A DNA stretch of 64,000 nt from an uncultured Candidatus Saccharibacteria bacterium. Lineage in GTDB: Bacteria > Patescibacteriota > Doudnabacteria > UBA920 > O2-02-FULL-48-8. Below the pieces are notes generated by a model. That model was not told where the DNA came from. It did not search any database and saw nothing but the letters and a program-made list of their open reading frames with translations. Shown here piece by piece: positions 17,716 through 27,934 of this stretch. Positions within the stretch are counted from its first letter, which is position 1; each line of letters starts with the position of its first letter. The stretch is from contig CAZSDS010000001.1 in the NCBI GenBank assembly GCA_964605735.1, positions 703,157 through 767,156 of the forward strand, written 5' to 3'. The position numbers and the translations under genes are program-made.

Positions 17716-19905
17716 GTTTCACGTGAAACACGTATTTAGTCAGATGTTTCACAAGAATTTAAGTCCAAAGAACAGGGCAAAACCTAAATTGCAAAGCTGT
17801 GTCTAAAAACCCCTTAATAACGAGAGAATCAGCTAGATTTCCAAACTATTTCCCTATAAATAAGCATATCAATAAAACATGAAAAATAGGGTGGAAATAA
17901 ATACCGTGAAACAAGGTTATTGCTCAATGTATTTTATTTACGAAAGATGGGACTTCAGAATCAGGGCCCTTTTTCTCAGTTTCACGCATTCTTATTGGGA
18001 GTTGAGAATTTGCCTTTATTTCAAACAATGTTTCACGTGAAACATTGTTGAAATAGCCTTAAAATGTTTCATTTTTTCAAATAGTGTACATTATTGGCCC
18101 AAGTTTTTTGACATAAAATGGCTTATTTAAGCCAATTCTAAGTAGTTTTCATAACCAGTTTCCTAGGATATTAAGGCTGGGGTAGGTGTCTATATTTCGG
18201 CAAATATTACACTTGTGGAACGTTGATTAACTCCCAATAAAATGGTATTCATGCTCAATATACCCTATTCGTGCAAATCTCTATTAGTATTTAGAGTTCA
18301 ATATTTGAACTGCAAAGTAATCCCATCTTATGAAATATTTCGCCAAATAACACTAGAAAATCCCCTGGTAAATTGCGGTTAAATCCTTATTATTTACGCA
18401 AAATCTAGAATTTTTTTGGCTTATCTAAGCCTGTTTTAAATAGATTTTGATTTTGTTTCTTTAGGAATTCGGGGTCTGAATATGTTTCACATGAAACACA
18501 TAGAATGTTTCACATAAGTATGTGTTTCCGCCTTGCTCTTCCTGAGACTGTAAAAAGTGGCTAAATTAAGGGAAAACATACAGTTCTCGAAACTATTTTC
18601 CTAATATATTGATGCACTATATTCCTGTGAAACATACCGCTGTTTCTCAGTGAAACTACTTAGTAATCACTAAATATTAGAGAAATTGCTGTTAAAAGAA
18701 GGATTTGGCCTTGCTGAATAGTTAAAAGATAGTGATCTAACGAGCCAATAACCAATAACGCTAATATTATTGCTATTTTTTGAGTGTTCCACGTGAAACG
18801 TATCCTGGTGCCTACATATAATAGCGTTATCAAACCAAGTAGTCCTGTTGTAGCGGCGATTAGTAGAAAGATATTGTGAGGGGGTTGGTATTGCCATGGT
18901 TCCACGTGAAACGCATGTTCCGCTGTTCTAATGTACTGACCTAGCCCTACACCAAAAATTGGCCTTTCTTTGAATAAAGTGAGTGCCATATCATTAAAAT
19001 CAGCTCGATATTCAATAGCGGGATCATTATCCACTGTTTCCAATGATCTGGGGATAACTAAGTCACTGTAAAACCCTATCAAAATTAGGGTAGAAATCAC
19101 CCCCAATAAGGTCACTAAAAACGCGGTTTTAAAGCGCTTTTTTGCCAAATTTTTTGCAAGGAAATACAGGAGGATGATAGTTGCTGTAAGCCATGCGCTC
19201 CTTGAGAAACTCACAAGTAATCCCCAGGCTAGAATTCCAGCTGTTATAGCGCATAATATAGCCTTGAGTTTGGTTTCACGTGAAACGTTAAGGAGAAAGA
19301 CTAAACAAACAGCCAAAAACCCACCAAGTACATTAGGGTGCGGGAATGTGCCATAAGCTCTTAAAACCTTGGTTCCAGCAATATCCAAAGTAGCGGCCCC
19401 AGAGTCAGTCATTCGAGGCAGATGGTAGCCAATTGTGCTGAATTCCCGGATTTGTTCCACGTGAAACTGTGCTACAGCCAAAATTGACTGAAAAACCCCG
19501 TGAACAAGTAATATGCCAATGATTGGTCTGTGTGTTTGCGGGTTAGATCGTACGTAAATGAAAATGAAAGCATATTCAGCCAGTTTTAATGTTGCATACA
19601 GCCAGGAGTTAAAGTGTTCCACGTGAAACAGTCCAATCAGGCTTATTGCCAAGAGTAAAAGAATTAGTGGCTTTATTTGAAGTCTTTTTTGAGTAAAAAA
19701 ACAGGTGAGTGCCAGGGTTACCACAGCCAAATCACTAGCATAAATAAAGAAAGCTTTGTGGTAAGAAAAGTAATAGTCTATAAAGGCGTCATCAAAATTT
19801 AGGATCGTCCTTAATTGAAAAGGCGCCAAGATAAAGAACAGATAAAGAAGTAGATCTGTTATAGGTATGCTTTGGATTTTCGTAAATAATTGTTTCACGT
19901 GAAAC
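17716..19905. repeat. dispersed palindromic motif GTTYCACGTGAAAC, at least 8 exact copies plus variants
   Basis: Exact copies at 17716, 18030 (inside the 26-bp perfect palindrome 18024-18049), 18786, 18899, 19273, 19454, 19616 and 19892. Variants at 18484 (CACATG core) and 18640 (GTTTCtcagTGAAAC). See F2 for context. Confidence 0.8.
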
Positions 19906-19955
19906 ATTGACTTATTGTAAAAAATATTGTCTGATGATGAAAATTCAAAAATCAT
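18660..19955 (-). CDS. O-antigen ligase / Wzy_C-family polytopic membrane protein
   Basis: Ten or more TM helices; Wzy_C-like motifs RAYGTFPHPNVLGGFLAV and SFSRSAWL. Five in-frame palindrome copies encode FHVE/K. Confidence 0.65.
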   Translation of the reverse strand: MIFEFSSSDNIFYNKSMFHVKQLFTKIQSIPITDLLLYLFFILAPFQLRTILNFDDAFIDYYFSYHKAFFIYASDLAVVTLALTCFFTQKRLQIKPLILLLLAISLIGLFHVEHFNSWLYATLKLAEYAFIFIYVRSNPQTHRPIIGILLVHGVFQSILAVAQFHVEQIREFSTIGYHLPRMTDSGAATLDIAGTKVLRAYGTFPHPNVLGGFLAVCLVFLLNVSRETKLKAILCAITAGILAWGLLVSFSRSAWLTATIILLYFLAKNLAKKRFKTAFLVTLLGVISTLILIGFYSDLVIPRSLETVDNDPAIEYRADFNDMALTLFKERPIFGVGLGQYIRTAEHAFHVEPWQYQPPHNIFLLIAATTGLLGLITLLYVGTRIRFTWNTQKIAIILALLVIGSLDHYLLTIQQGQILLLTAISLIFSDY

Positions 19956-20050
19956 TTTTACTTTGCCGTGTGCTTATTATAATGCTTCGCATAAAAAAAC
20001 CGCTAATGCGGTTTCGTTTTTGAAATTAGAGACGGATTGTAGTGGACTTG

Positions 20051-20542
20051 TTAAGTTTTGTTGCTATTAGCTTTTCTTAATATCCGTATGCTAATTGTTA
20101 ACACTATTAGTTGAGTAATTATGCCCGGCACAGCCCATTGGGGCATGGGGAAGTATTGAACTGGAAAATTGTTCGCCGCATGGTGAAACATCTGAATGTG
20201 GCCAAGTACTGGGATTTTTAAAATATATTGCGACCAAAGCGGTTGGCTATCCAGAATATCAGGCAATAATCCGCCAGCGGCTCCTAAAACAAATGTGCTT
20301 AGGTTAGGGAACTGGAACTTTTTGATCCAAAACGTAAGACCAACTATTGCGCCAATAATGATATCGAATACCACTATTGTCCATGAAAGTTTGTTCCACG
20401 CGTGAATCGCATTAATTGCATCGAGGTGGGGGACAATGTCCAGTATATAATGTGAAACAATGCCAGCGCCTATGGCGTAAAGAAAATGTTTGCGATTAAC
20501 ACCGGCGGCTGCTCCTGCGAGCATGTGTACTGTTGCTATCAT
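20051..20542 (-). CDS. membrane-bound metal-dependent hydrolase-like protein (YdjM/DUF457-like)
   Basis: The VSHYILDIVPH motif and four hydrophobic helices. Confidence 0.45.
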   Translation of the reverse strand: MIATVHMLAGAAAGVNRKHFLYAIGAGIVSHYILDIVPHLDAINAIHAWNKLSWTIVVFDIIIGAIVGLTFWIKKFQFPNLSTFVLGAAGGLLPDILDSQPLWSQYILKIPVLGHIQMFHHAANNFPVQYFPMPQWAVPGIITQLIVLTISIRILRKANSNKT

Positions 20543-20681
20543 ATGATTAAGTATATCTGAGTCAATCTAATTGTTAAAGCCTTTATAATTCAATTAAAGA
20601 TTGTGAAATGTAATGAACGGTGTTTCATACGGTGCAGGCTTTACATGGGCTTGAATATTAAGTAAAATGAAGTGCGTTGAG

Positions 20682-20756
20682 GCCTTCGTAGCTCAATGGA
20701 TAGAGCTATCCCGTCCTAAGGGAGAGATGGGGGTTCGATTCCCTCCGAGGGCACCA
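20682..20756 (+). tRNA. tRNA-Arg (CCU)
   Basis: Hand-folded: acceptor GCCTTCG/CGAGGGC, D-arm GCTCAATGGATAGAGC, anticodon loop GTCCTAA, T-arm GGGGGTTCGATTCCCTC. One A.G mismatch at the top of the anticodon stem. Confidence 0.6.
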
Positions 20757-20856
20757 AGAAATCGAATACCGGGGGGTTTGCAGAATTGATTATTTTTCCG
20801 CCGCGGTCGACGCTGAACTCAAAAGGGTTATTTATAGAATCAACCAAGATTATTTA

Positions 20857-20930
20857 GGGCCCATGGTATAACGGTAATACGCAACTATGGCATAGTTGAG
20901 TCCGGGGTTCGACTCCCCGTGGGTCCACCA
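20857..20930 (+). tRNA. tRNA-Ala (GGC)
   Basis: Hand-folded: acceptor GGGCCCA/TGGGTCC with G3:U70, anticodon stem CAACT/AGTTG with loop ATGGCAT, T-arm CCGGGGTTCGACTCCCCG. Confidence 0.65.
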
Positions 20931-21208
20931 CAAAAATCATCTTCAATGGAAGGTGTTTTTTGTTTGTATTTTGTTTCACAAAAAGTATCCACAGCCTGGG
21001 TATTCCCAAGCCTATTTCAGTGTGTTAGTAATATGTTAGGCGAGCGCGTTGTACCTGTGGAACATAAATAATTTACAGGGACCAGAGAATTGAATATTCG
21101 TGACTTTGTTGAAGTAACGAACCAATACTCAGCTTGCGGTTAAGCCGTAAGACAACCCAGCGTGGTCAATGTTTCTTTAACGCCTTTTAGCATTAGCAAG
21201 CAAAATTT

Positions 21209-21520
21209 ATGTCAGAACGCGAGGGGGAGTTTAGGCTCGGTAAAAATGAACATTCTCGTGAAACCGAGATGAAACACAATATTACGGAGATCTATAACAA
21301 CAGCGGGAGTGTTGAAGAGTTGGAAAGAAATTTGGATAAGTTTCATGAAGATGAGGAGTTGGTGCTTGAGTTGCATGTGTCTGAAGCTGACCCTGACTCT
21401 ATTACCTATATAATGAACAGGTTTCCTCACGCGCGCGTAGTGATAGCCGCTGATAGGGAAGACTATGATAAACACAAAAATATGTTCCCAATCAGCGTTG
21501 AGTGGCCAGGTAATCAATGA
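21209..21520 (+). CDS. hypothetical acidic protein, translationally coupled to rnhB
   Basis: Its stop overlaps the rnhB start (ATGA). The composition is more protein-like than the antisense ORF. Confidence 0.4.
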   Translation: MSEREGEFRLGKNEHSRETEMKHNITEIYNNSGSVEELERNLDKFHEDEELVLELHVSEADPDSITYIMNRFPHARVVIAADREDYDKHKNMFPISVEWPGNQ

Positions 21521-22182
21521 TTTTTCCAACGTTTAAATATGAAACAGAGAAATACCAAAACGGATTTGGCCTGGTGGCTGGATGCGACGAGGTTGGCATC
21601 GCTCCTTTGGCTGGACCAGTTGTTTCAGCGGCAGTGATTTTGGATAAAGAAAGCGTTACCGGCCGCCGGACCAAATCTAAGTGGTGGTATCGTGTCAGGG
21701 ATTCAAAAACCGTAAATGAGAAAGAAAGAGGGGAGCTTGTTGCTTTCATTAAGGATCATTGTTTGGCGCACGCAGTCGGCATCGTCTCACATGAAACTAT
21801 TGATCAGGTAAACATTTATCACGCCGCCATGCTAGCCATGAAACAAGCGTTAAACAGTTTGACGATCAAACCTGATTTTTTGTTTGTTGATGGTAAGCAC
21901 AAAATAAAAGATTTGTTTGATGTCAAACAAGAAGCGGTGGTTGACGGTGACGCAAAGATTTTGTCCATTTCTGCGGCCAGCATAGTTGCCAAGGTTGCCC
22001 GCGATTCAATTATGAACCAGCTGCATGCCAAGCACCCGAATTACAATTTTCATTTGAACAAAGGATACCCAACCAAGTTTCATCGTGAAGCATTAGTGAA
22101 ACATGGTGCGTGTGAAGTTCACAGAAAGAGCTTTGGTCTGGTCCGGCAAACATTCCAACAAGTATTGCCGTTGCCCGTATGA
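21517..22182 (+). CDS. rnhB: ribonuclease HII
   Basis: GCDEVGIAPLAGPVVSAAVIL catalytic N-terminus and overall RNase HII layout. Confidence 0.85.
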   Translation: MIFPTFKYETEKYQNGFGLVAGCDEVGIAPLAGPVVSAAVILDKESVTGRRTKSKWWYRVRDSKTVNEKERGELVAFIKDHCLAHAVGIVSHETIDQVNIYHAAMLAMKQALNSLTIKPDFLFVDGKHKIKDLFDVKQEAVVDGDAKILSISAASIVAKVARDSIMNQLHAKHPNYNFHLNKGYPTKFHREALVKHGACEVHRKSFGLVRQTFQQVLPLPV

Positions 22183-22727
22183 CCGAACAGGAAATAACGT
22201 ATTTGGTTAAAAACGATCCATGGATGATGAAAGTACTATGCGTGGCTGAGTCTTTGAATCTTCCTGACTGGATGATTGGCGCCGGTTTTATAAGGAATAA
22301 AGTTTGGGATCATCTGCATGGTTTTTCAAACGACACAGTTCCTACAAATGACATTGATCTGATCTATTTTGACAAAGACAACACCTCAACCGATTTTGAA
22401 AAAGAATGTGAAACAAAATTGAAACAGGTGATGGGTGTGGAATGGTCGGTAAAAAACATGGCGCGAATGCATGAGAAAAGCAGTGATGGTCCTTACAAGT
22501 CTGCGGCTGATGGTTTAGCACATTGGGTTGAAACGGCAACTGCTGTTGCCGTTAAGTTGGAGAACGGTGGCGTGAAACTTATTGCGCCATATGGTTTGTC
22601 GGATTTAGTGGGGTTGGTTGTGAAACCAACTCCCTACATGAAAAACAGAATGCAGGATTTTAACAGGAGATACAAAGAAAAAGGTTGGCTTGAGCATTGG
22701 CCTAAGTTGAGAGTTGTGGTCGATTAG
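22179..22727 (+). CDS. nucleotidyltransferase family protein (NTP_transf_6/DUF925-like)
   Basis: The LPDWMIGAGFIRNKVWDHLHG motif. Start overlaps the rnhB stop. Confidence 0.6.
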   Translation: MTEQEITYLVKNDPWMMKVLCVAESLNLPDWMIGAGFIRNKVWDHLHGFSNDTVPTNDIDLIYFDKDNTSTDFEKECETKLKQVMGVEWSVKNMARMHEKSSDGPYKSAADGLAHWVETATAVAVKLENGGVKLIAPYGLSDLVGLVVKPTPYMKNRMQDFNRRYKEKGWLEHWPKLRVVVD

Positions 22728-22751
22728 CATATAATAGTGTGGTTCTGAATA

Positions 22752-22843
<92 letters not shown>

Positions 22844-22861
22844 AATATGTCGGCCCAAAAT

Positions 22862-22888
22862 GAACTGCGTGAAACGCAGTTTTTTGTT
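22862..22888 (+). terminator. intrinsic terminator after tRNA-Ser
   Basis: CTGCGT-GAAA-ACGCAG followed by TTTTTTGTTTG. Confidence 0.7.
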
Positions 22889-22930
22889 TGCCCAATAGAC
22901 AGCGTTCAACCCGGTTGCTAATTATGAAAC

Positions 22931-23533
22931 ATGTCTGAGCAGTCTAAAATAATTGCACTGACCGGACCGTCTGCAGCCGGCAAAACAACCCTGGGGCATT
23001 ATTTGGCTCATCACTATGAAGATGAGTTTGTTCATATTCGGCTGGATGACTATCTTAAGGATCCGGACACTTTCCCTGTAAATGAACGCGGCCAAAAAGA
23101 TTGGGACAACCCATCCAACATTCAATTTGACGAACTGATCGCCCATCTTCATAAGCTTAAACGCGGTGAACCAATTGATTGGCATACCTTTGCCAAGCAC
23201 AAAGATGAACAAGTCTACTATTACACGCTTTATCCAAAGAAATATATTTTGGTGGAAGGGACAATGGTTCTTATGGACGAGGAGGTTAGAAACATGGCGG
23301 ATTTAAAAATTTATTTGGATGTGCCTGTAGAGGTTTCACTGGCCCGCAGGCTGGAGCGGGGTAAGAGGGTGTGGGGGCTGGATCTTGAAGAGTATGACAA
23401 AGAGTATACGATTCCAGTTTTAGAGCGACACAGGAGAGTGGAAAAGTTTCACACAGACTACATTATTGACGGCACCAAACCTCCAAAAGACGTGGCTGAT
23501 GAAGTTTACTCCCTTATTACCAGGGTTTTATGA
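22931..23533 (+). CDS. P-loop nucleoside/nucleotide kinase (uridine-kinase-like fold)
   Basis: Walker A LTGPSAAGKTTL at the N-terminus; about 200 aa. Confidence 0.55.
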   Translation: MSEQSKIIALTGPSAAGKTTLGHYLAHHYEDEFVHIRLDDYLKDPDTFPVNERGQKDWDNPSNIQFDELIAHLHKLKRGEPIDWHTFAKHKDEQVYYYTLYPKKYILVEGTMVLMDEEVRNMADLKIYLDVPVEVSLARRLERGKRVWGLDLEEYDKEYTIPVLERHRRVEKFHTDYIIDGTKPPKDVADEVYSLITRVL

Positions 23534-23616
23534 TGCTACCATTCCAACTCGCAAAAGGGGTTTTTAGTTGCTAAAATACACTCGTTAGTTAAGCAACAAC
23601 AAATCAGGAAATATAA

Positions 23617-24774
23617 ATGAAAACTCGGGTTTTAATTCTACATACATCTGTTGGGTACGGCATTAAGGTCACCGCCCAAAACATTCACCAGGCGCTATCA
23701 AAGTCAGCCAGTTTTGAATCGCGGATTGAAGACATCCAGCAAGTCGAATCCGGCGCCCTGGTCACAAGTTCAGAAAAAATTTATACGACTATCTTGGATC
23801 GAATCTCACCGCTGTGGGGTTTTTTGTACCGTTCGCGAGTGGTTATGTTTTTGACTTTGCCTCTCCGCAAGTGGGTGGCAGGTTTTAAGTCCGCTAATAC
23901 TCTGAAACTTTTGCGCGAATACCAGCCGGCAATTGCCATGTCAACACAGGCAGCACCATCCGCAGTGCTCGCGTATTTAAAATCGAAGGGATTGTATCGC
24001 GGCAAAGTTGTGGCAGTTTTCTCAGACTATCATATTCATCCGTTCTGGTTGTTTGACGAAATCGATCTTTATGTCTGCAACATCCCTGAGCAGGCGGAGT
24101 ATTTGAGGGTGCAAGGCGTGGCGGAAGACCGCATTGCCGTGACCGGCATGCCAATGGATGAAAAATTCTACAAACCAATTTCCCATGAGGAAGCGTGCAG
24201 GGAAGTCGGCCTGCTGACTACCATGCCAACAGTCATGATCAGCAGCGGCGGCCGGGCTCGCGACGCAGTCAAAGAGTTGTACGTTAATTTTTTGCGCTCG
24301 CCTAAAACTTACCAAATAGCGGTTGTCTGCGGCCGCAATGAAGAGCTGAAAAAGGAATTGGAAAAAATCAGCGCTCCATCCAGACATCCGGTTAAAATCT
24401 TTGGCTACATCAATAACATGGAAGTCGTCATGTCAGCGGCCACTGTCATGGTGGGAAAGACGGGTGGTCCTACCATGTGCGAGGCAGTCGTAAAAAAGCT
24501 TCCGATAATTTTAACTGACGTCAGGCCTGGCCATGAATGGGAGAATCTTGAATATTTGGTGAAGCATAAAATTGCCGATTACGCCCGCATCCCGCGCGAG
24601 GCCGTGTTCCTGGCCGAGCAGGTCCTTGACGGAAAAATAAAGCGAGATTGGATCCAGATTGAAGCTAAGGTTATCAGGCCGCCGGCAAGCGTCAGCGTTG
24701 TTGATGCATTGGAAAAAATAAAGCCGCAAACCCCGCCAATACAGGTGAAAAACTACCTAAATCAGTCAGCTTGA
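23617..24774 (+). CDS. glycosyltransferase, GT28/MGDG-synthase (UgtP-like) family
   Basis: LILHTSVGYGIKVTAQNI N-terminus typical of MGDG_synth, plus a C-terminal GT-B half. Confidence 0.6.
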   Translation: MKTRVLILHTSVGYGIKVTAQNIHQALSKSASFESRIEDIQQVESGALVTSSEKIYTTILDRISPLWGFLYRSRVVMFLTLPLRKWVAGFKSANTLKLLREYQPAIAMSTQAAPSAVLAYLKSKGLYRGKVVAVFSDYHIHPFWLFDEIDLYVCNIPEQAEYLRVQGVAEDRIAVTGMPMDEKFYKPISHEEACREVGLLTTMPTVMISSGGRARDAVKELYVNFLRSPKTYQIAVVCGRNEELKKELEKISAPSRHPVKIFGYINNMEVVMSAATVMVGKTGGPTMCEAVVKKLPIILTDVRPGHEWENLEYLVKHKIADYARIPREAVFLAEQVLDGKIKRDWIQIEAKVIRPPASVSVVDALEKIKPQTPPIQVKNYLNQSA

Positions 24775-24869
24775 AACGCGCACCTGCGGCTTACAAACAA
24801 ACATAAAAACAGGTGTTGACCCAGCATTTACGTTCGTATAATATTTAGTTACTTAAAGAAACATTTACC

Positions 24870-25361
24870 ATGCCAAAAGACAAGAACCTCATAAACAAAC
24901 TCATGGGTACGCAATCTGTCCGGGACAACGACGATGAAGAAATCGAAGAAGATGAAGAAATGGAAGAGGTTGACGAAGAAGAAGAAACAGCCGTCCAGCC
25001 GCAACAGGATGAATGGATGAGTGATTTTGAAGGTCAGCTGACAATTGACATGTTCCAGACCAAAGATAACGTCATCATCAAGTCAACCATTGCTGGTGTG
25101 AAGCCGGATGATATTGATATTACGATCGCCAATGACATGGTGACTATCCGCGGCGAGCGAACACGGGATTTTGAAGCTTCTGCAGAAGATTACTTTTATC
25201 AGGAATGTTACTGGGGCAGTTTCTCAAGATCAGTTGTTCTGCCGGTTGATGTAGACATTGAAAACGTCAGCGCTGATTTGAAAGATGGAATTCTGACTGT
25301 GGTCTTGCCAAAAGCGGCAAAGGCTAAAGCAAAGAAGATTCGAGTCGGCGGCGCAGTATAA
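24870..25361 (+). CDS. Hsp20/alpha-crystallin small heat-shock protein with acidic N-terminal extension
   Basis: Alpha-crystallin domain (DMFQT.DNVIIKSTIAGV...GILTVVLPK) preceded by a DEEIEEDEEMEEVDEEEE run. Confidence 0.8.
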   Translation: MPKDKNLINKLMGTQSVRDNDDEEIEEDEEMEEVDEEEETAVQPQQDEWMSDFEGQLTIDMFQTKDNVIIKSTIAGVKPDDIDITIANDMVTIRGERTRDFEASAEDYFYQECYWGSFSRSVVLPVDVDIENVSADLKDGILTVVLPKAAKAKAKKIRVGGAV

Positions 25362-25375
25362 AACTTTAGCAAAAA

Positions 25376-25400
25376 AACGGCCCAGATCAGGGCCGTTTTC
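25376..25400 (+). terminator. intrinsic terminator
   Basis: ACGGCCC-agatca-GGGCCGT followed by TTTCT. Confidence 0.6.
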
Positions 25401-25478
25401 TAATTTAACAACCCTGAGTTTTGGCAAAAAATCGCTGCTTGATTAATTTGAAGATTTGTGGCAAAATAAGTTGATTAC

Positions 25479-27407
25479 ATGGATATTTCTACACTCTCCA
25501 AACAATTGAACATGTCTGCCCAACAGTTGCGCCAGAAAATGACAGCAGCTGGTTTTCGCATTTCTCCAAAAGCAAACAAGATTGATAACCAACTGGCAAA
25601 GCAGGTTTTGCAGGCTTTTGGCGGAAAGCAACAGGAGGTGCAGGCGACAGCAGCGAATAAGGATGTGTCTTTGCCTAAAGTCATGACTGTGAAGGAGTTG
25701 GCAGGGATTTTGAAGCTGGATATTGCCACTGTCATCAAAAAATTGATCCAAAACGGCGTCATGGCCACAATCAACGAGGAAATTGATTATGACACCGCCG
25801 CAATTGTTGCTTCAGATTTGGGGTACAACGTCTCAGAGGTGCCGGAAGCAACAGCCCGGTTGGGCGTTGGATATGTTGATGAAGTCCTGACCGCGGAAAG
25901 GGCGGCGAATGAGGCTGATTTTGTTGTCAGGCCTCCGTTGGTTGCAATCATGGGCCACGTTGACCATGGAAAAACCACATTGCTGGACAAAATCCGACAG
26001 GCTAAAGTGGTTGAAACGGAATCCGGCGGGATCACCCAGCACATTGGCGCTTATCAGGTTACTCGCAACGGCAAGCATATTACTTTTCTTGATACCCCAG
26101 GCCACGAAGCTTTTGCGGCCATGCGTGCCCGCGGCGCTAACGTTACGGACATTATTGTTTTGACTGTTGCCGCAGATGACGGAGTTAAGCCTCAGACAGT
26201 GGAAGTCATCAACCGCGCCAAACTGACCCAGACTCCAATAGTTGTTGCCATCAACAAGATCGACAAACCTGACGCAAATGTTGAGCGCGTTAAGAAAGAA
26301 TTGGCAGACTTTGGCGTGTTAATTGAAGAGTGGGGAGGTACTGTCCCAGTGGCCAAAATTTCGGGTATGACCGGGCAGGGCGTGGATGAATTATTGGATT
26401 TGATTTTGCTCCAGGCTGAAGTTATGGATTTGCGCGCCAACCCTAAGGGTCAGGTTTTGGGAACTGTCATCGAATCACACCTGTCAAAAACCTTAGGATC
26501 AGTTGCAACAATCATAGTCCAGAACGGGACTTTGAATTTGGGCGATATTGTTGCTGTGGGCAAGGCTTCAGGAAAGATTCGTTCCATGATGGATGACACG
26601 GGCAAAAAGGTAAAATCAGCCGGTCCTTCTTCAGCAGTTCAGATTACCGGTTTGTCTGATGTCCCAAGTGCCGGTGACATTTTGAAGACATACCCCGATG
26701 CGGATTCTGCCAAGACCGCGGCTTTGAATGTTGCCAAGTCAGAGCGCGCCAAGCGCATAATGACTCAGAGCAATTTGGCTTTGGATGGCGGCAAGGATTT
26801 GAATTTGATCATCAAAGTGGACGTGGCCGGAAGCTTGGAAGCCATTACCGGAGCTTTGGATAAATTGAAAAATGACGAAGTAAAAGTCAACGTTATCAAC
26901 CAGGATGTTGGGGAAATCAACGAAAACGACGTTTTGCGCGCTGAGTCTTCAAAAGCTTTGATTATCGGGTTCCATACCCGCGTCAACGCACAGGCCGCAA
27001 AGCTGGCGCAGGCTAAAAAAGTCCCTATCCAGTTGTACAACATTATCTATGAATTGGTTGAGGATATTACCCAGAGGGTTGTGTCCATGATGACGCCGGA
27101 AATTGTCCGTGAAGATGTTGGTCGGGCAAAAGTTTTGGCCGTCTTCCGAACAGAGCGTGAAAAGCAGATCGTTGGCGGCACTGTGATTGAAGGCAGGATA
27201 AAGGACGCGGCCGGGATTGAGATCAAGCGCGGAGACGAAATTATCGGCAAAGCCCAGATCAACGAATTACAGCAGAACAAAAGCAAGGCAAAGGAAGTTT
27301 TGAAAGGCTTCGAATTCGGCATCAACCTTAAGACCAGCACTAAAATCCAGGAAGGCGATCTCCTTATTGCCTTCGAAGAGACGGTTAAGAAAAAAACCTT
27401 AAGCTAA
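25479..27407 (+). CDS. infB: translation initiation factor IF-2
   Basis: G-domain motifs [19 protein letters not shown], and the C-terminal IF-2 domains. Confidence 0.9.
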   Translation: MDISTLSKQLNMSAQQLRQKMTAAGFRISPKANKIDNQLAKQVLQAFGGKQQEVQATAANKDVSLPKVMTVKELAGILKLDIATVIKKLIQNGVMATINEEIDYDTAAIVASDLGYNVSEVPEATARLGVGYVDEVLTAERAANEADFVVRPPLVAIMGHVDHGKTTLLDKIRQAKVVETESGGITQHIGAYQVTRNGKHITFLDTPGHEAFAAMRARGANVTDIIVLTVAADDGVKPQTVEVINRAKLTQTPIVVAINKIDKPDANVERVKKELADFGVLIEEWGGTVPVAKISGMTGQGVDELLDLILLQAEVMDLRANPKGQVLGTVIESHLSKTLGSVATIIVQNGTLNLGDIVAVGKASGKIRSMMDDTGKKVKSAGPSSAVQITGLSDVPSAGDILKTYPDADSAKTAALNVAKSERAKRIMTQSNLALDGGKDLNLIIKVDVAGSLEAITGALDKLKNDEVKVNVINQDVGEINENDVLRAESSKALIIGFHTRVNAQAAKLAQAKKVPIQLYNIIYELVEDITQRVVSMMTPEIVREDVGRAKVLAVFRTEREKQIVGGTVIEGRIKDAAGIEIKRGDEIIGKAQINELQQNKSKAKEVLKGFEFGINLKTSTKIQEGDLLIAFEETVKKKTLS

Positions 27408-27421
27408 TTATTCAGAAATTG

Positions 27422-27586
27422 GCGACGCTGAAGCATTTTGCTGATGGCGGGGATTCGGCGCAGGCACATCAGTGCCGAGCCTGAAGCAGCGAACCACCTT
27501 AGAGGAGATCCTGACATTTGTCAGGAATACATAATAATGCAGTTCGACTGCGTGCCCCGACAGCAGAAAAATGCGCAGGCTAAGCC
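27422..27586 (+). repeat. copy 1 of a ~150-nt hairpin element with imperfect terminal inverted repeats (MITE-like or structured RNA)
   Basis: Shares about 75 nt (5') and 45 nt (3') of near-identity with 38487-38622 and with the reverse complement of 53520-53666. The ends GCATTTTGCTGATGGCGGGG and CCCCGACAGCAGAAAAATGC are inverted repeats. Confidence 0.8.
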
Positions 27587-27592
27587 ACATTT

Positions 27593-27934
27593 ATGACACG
27601 ACGCACAGAACAAGTTGCATCTTTAATACAGCAGGAGCTCGGCCAGCTCATGCTGTCTTTGGATTTGCCTGCCATGACCACAATCAGCAGGGTAGAGGTG
27701 ACTCAGGATTTGAAACACGCAAAAGTTTGGATCACTGTGCTGAGCGAAGACAAGAAGGTGGAAGATTTTGTTATGGATGCGCTTCACAAAAACATGTATG
27801 ACCTCCAGGGTGAATTGAACCGAATGTCCACCATGCACCATACCCCGCGCATCGCTTTCAAAATAGATAATTCCCAACACCATGTTTCCCGCATTAACGA
27901 GCTGCTGAAGAGCACGCATGACGATGAACAATAA
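27593..27934 (+). CDS. rbfA: ribosome-binding factor A
   Basis: MTRRTEQVASLIQQELGQL... RbfA N-terminus and KH-like fold; it follows infB. Confidence 0.8.
   Translation: MTRRTEQVASLIQQELGQLMLSLDLPAMTTISRVEVTQDLKHAKVWITVLSEDKKVEDFVMDALHKNMYDLQGELNRMSTMHHTPRIAFKIDNSQHHVSRINELLKSTHDDEQ

Noticed and set aside
21212-21529. 105-aa minus-strand ORF antisense to 21209-21520.
   Set aside because: Hydrophobic, low-complexity translation. The sense ORF is translationally coupled to rnhB, which favours the plus strand.
27422-27586. Possibility that the repeated ~150-nt element is the SRP RNA (it contains GCCTGAAGCAGCG, reminiscent of the helix-8 GGAAGCAGCC motif).
   Set aside because: There are three copies, one of them inverted, with terminal inverted repeats and a variable apex. 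This is incompatible with a single-copy ffs gene. The GNRA tetraloop context is also missing.
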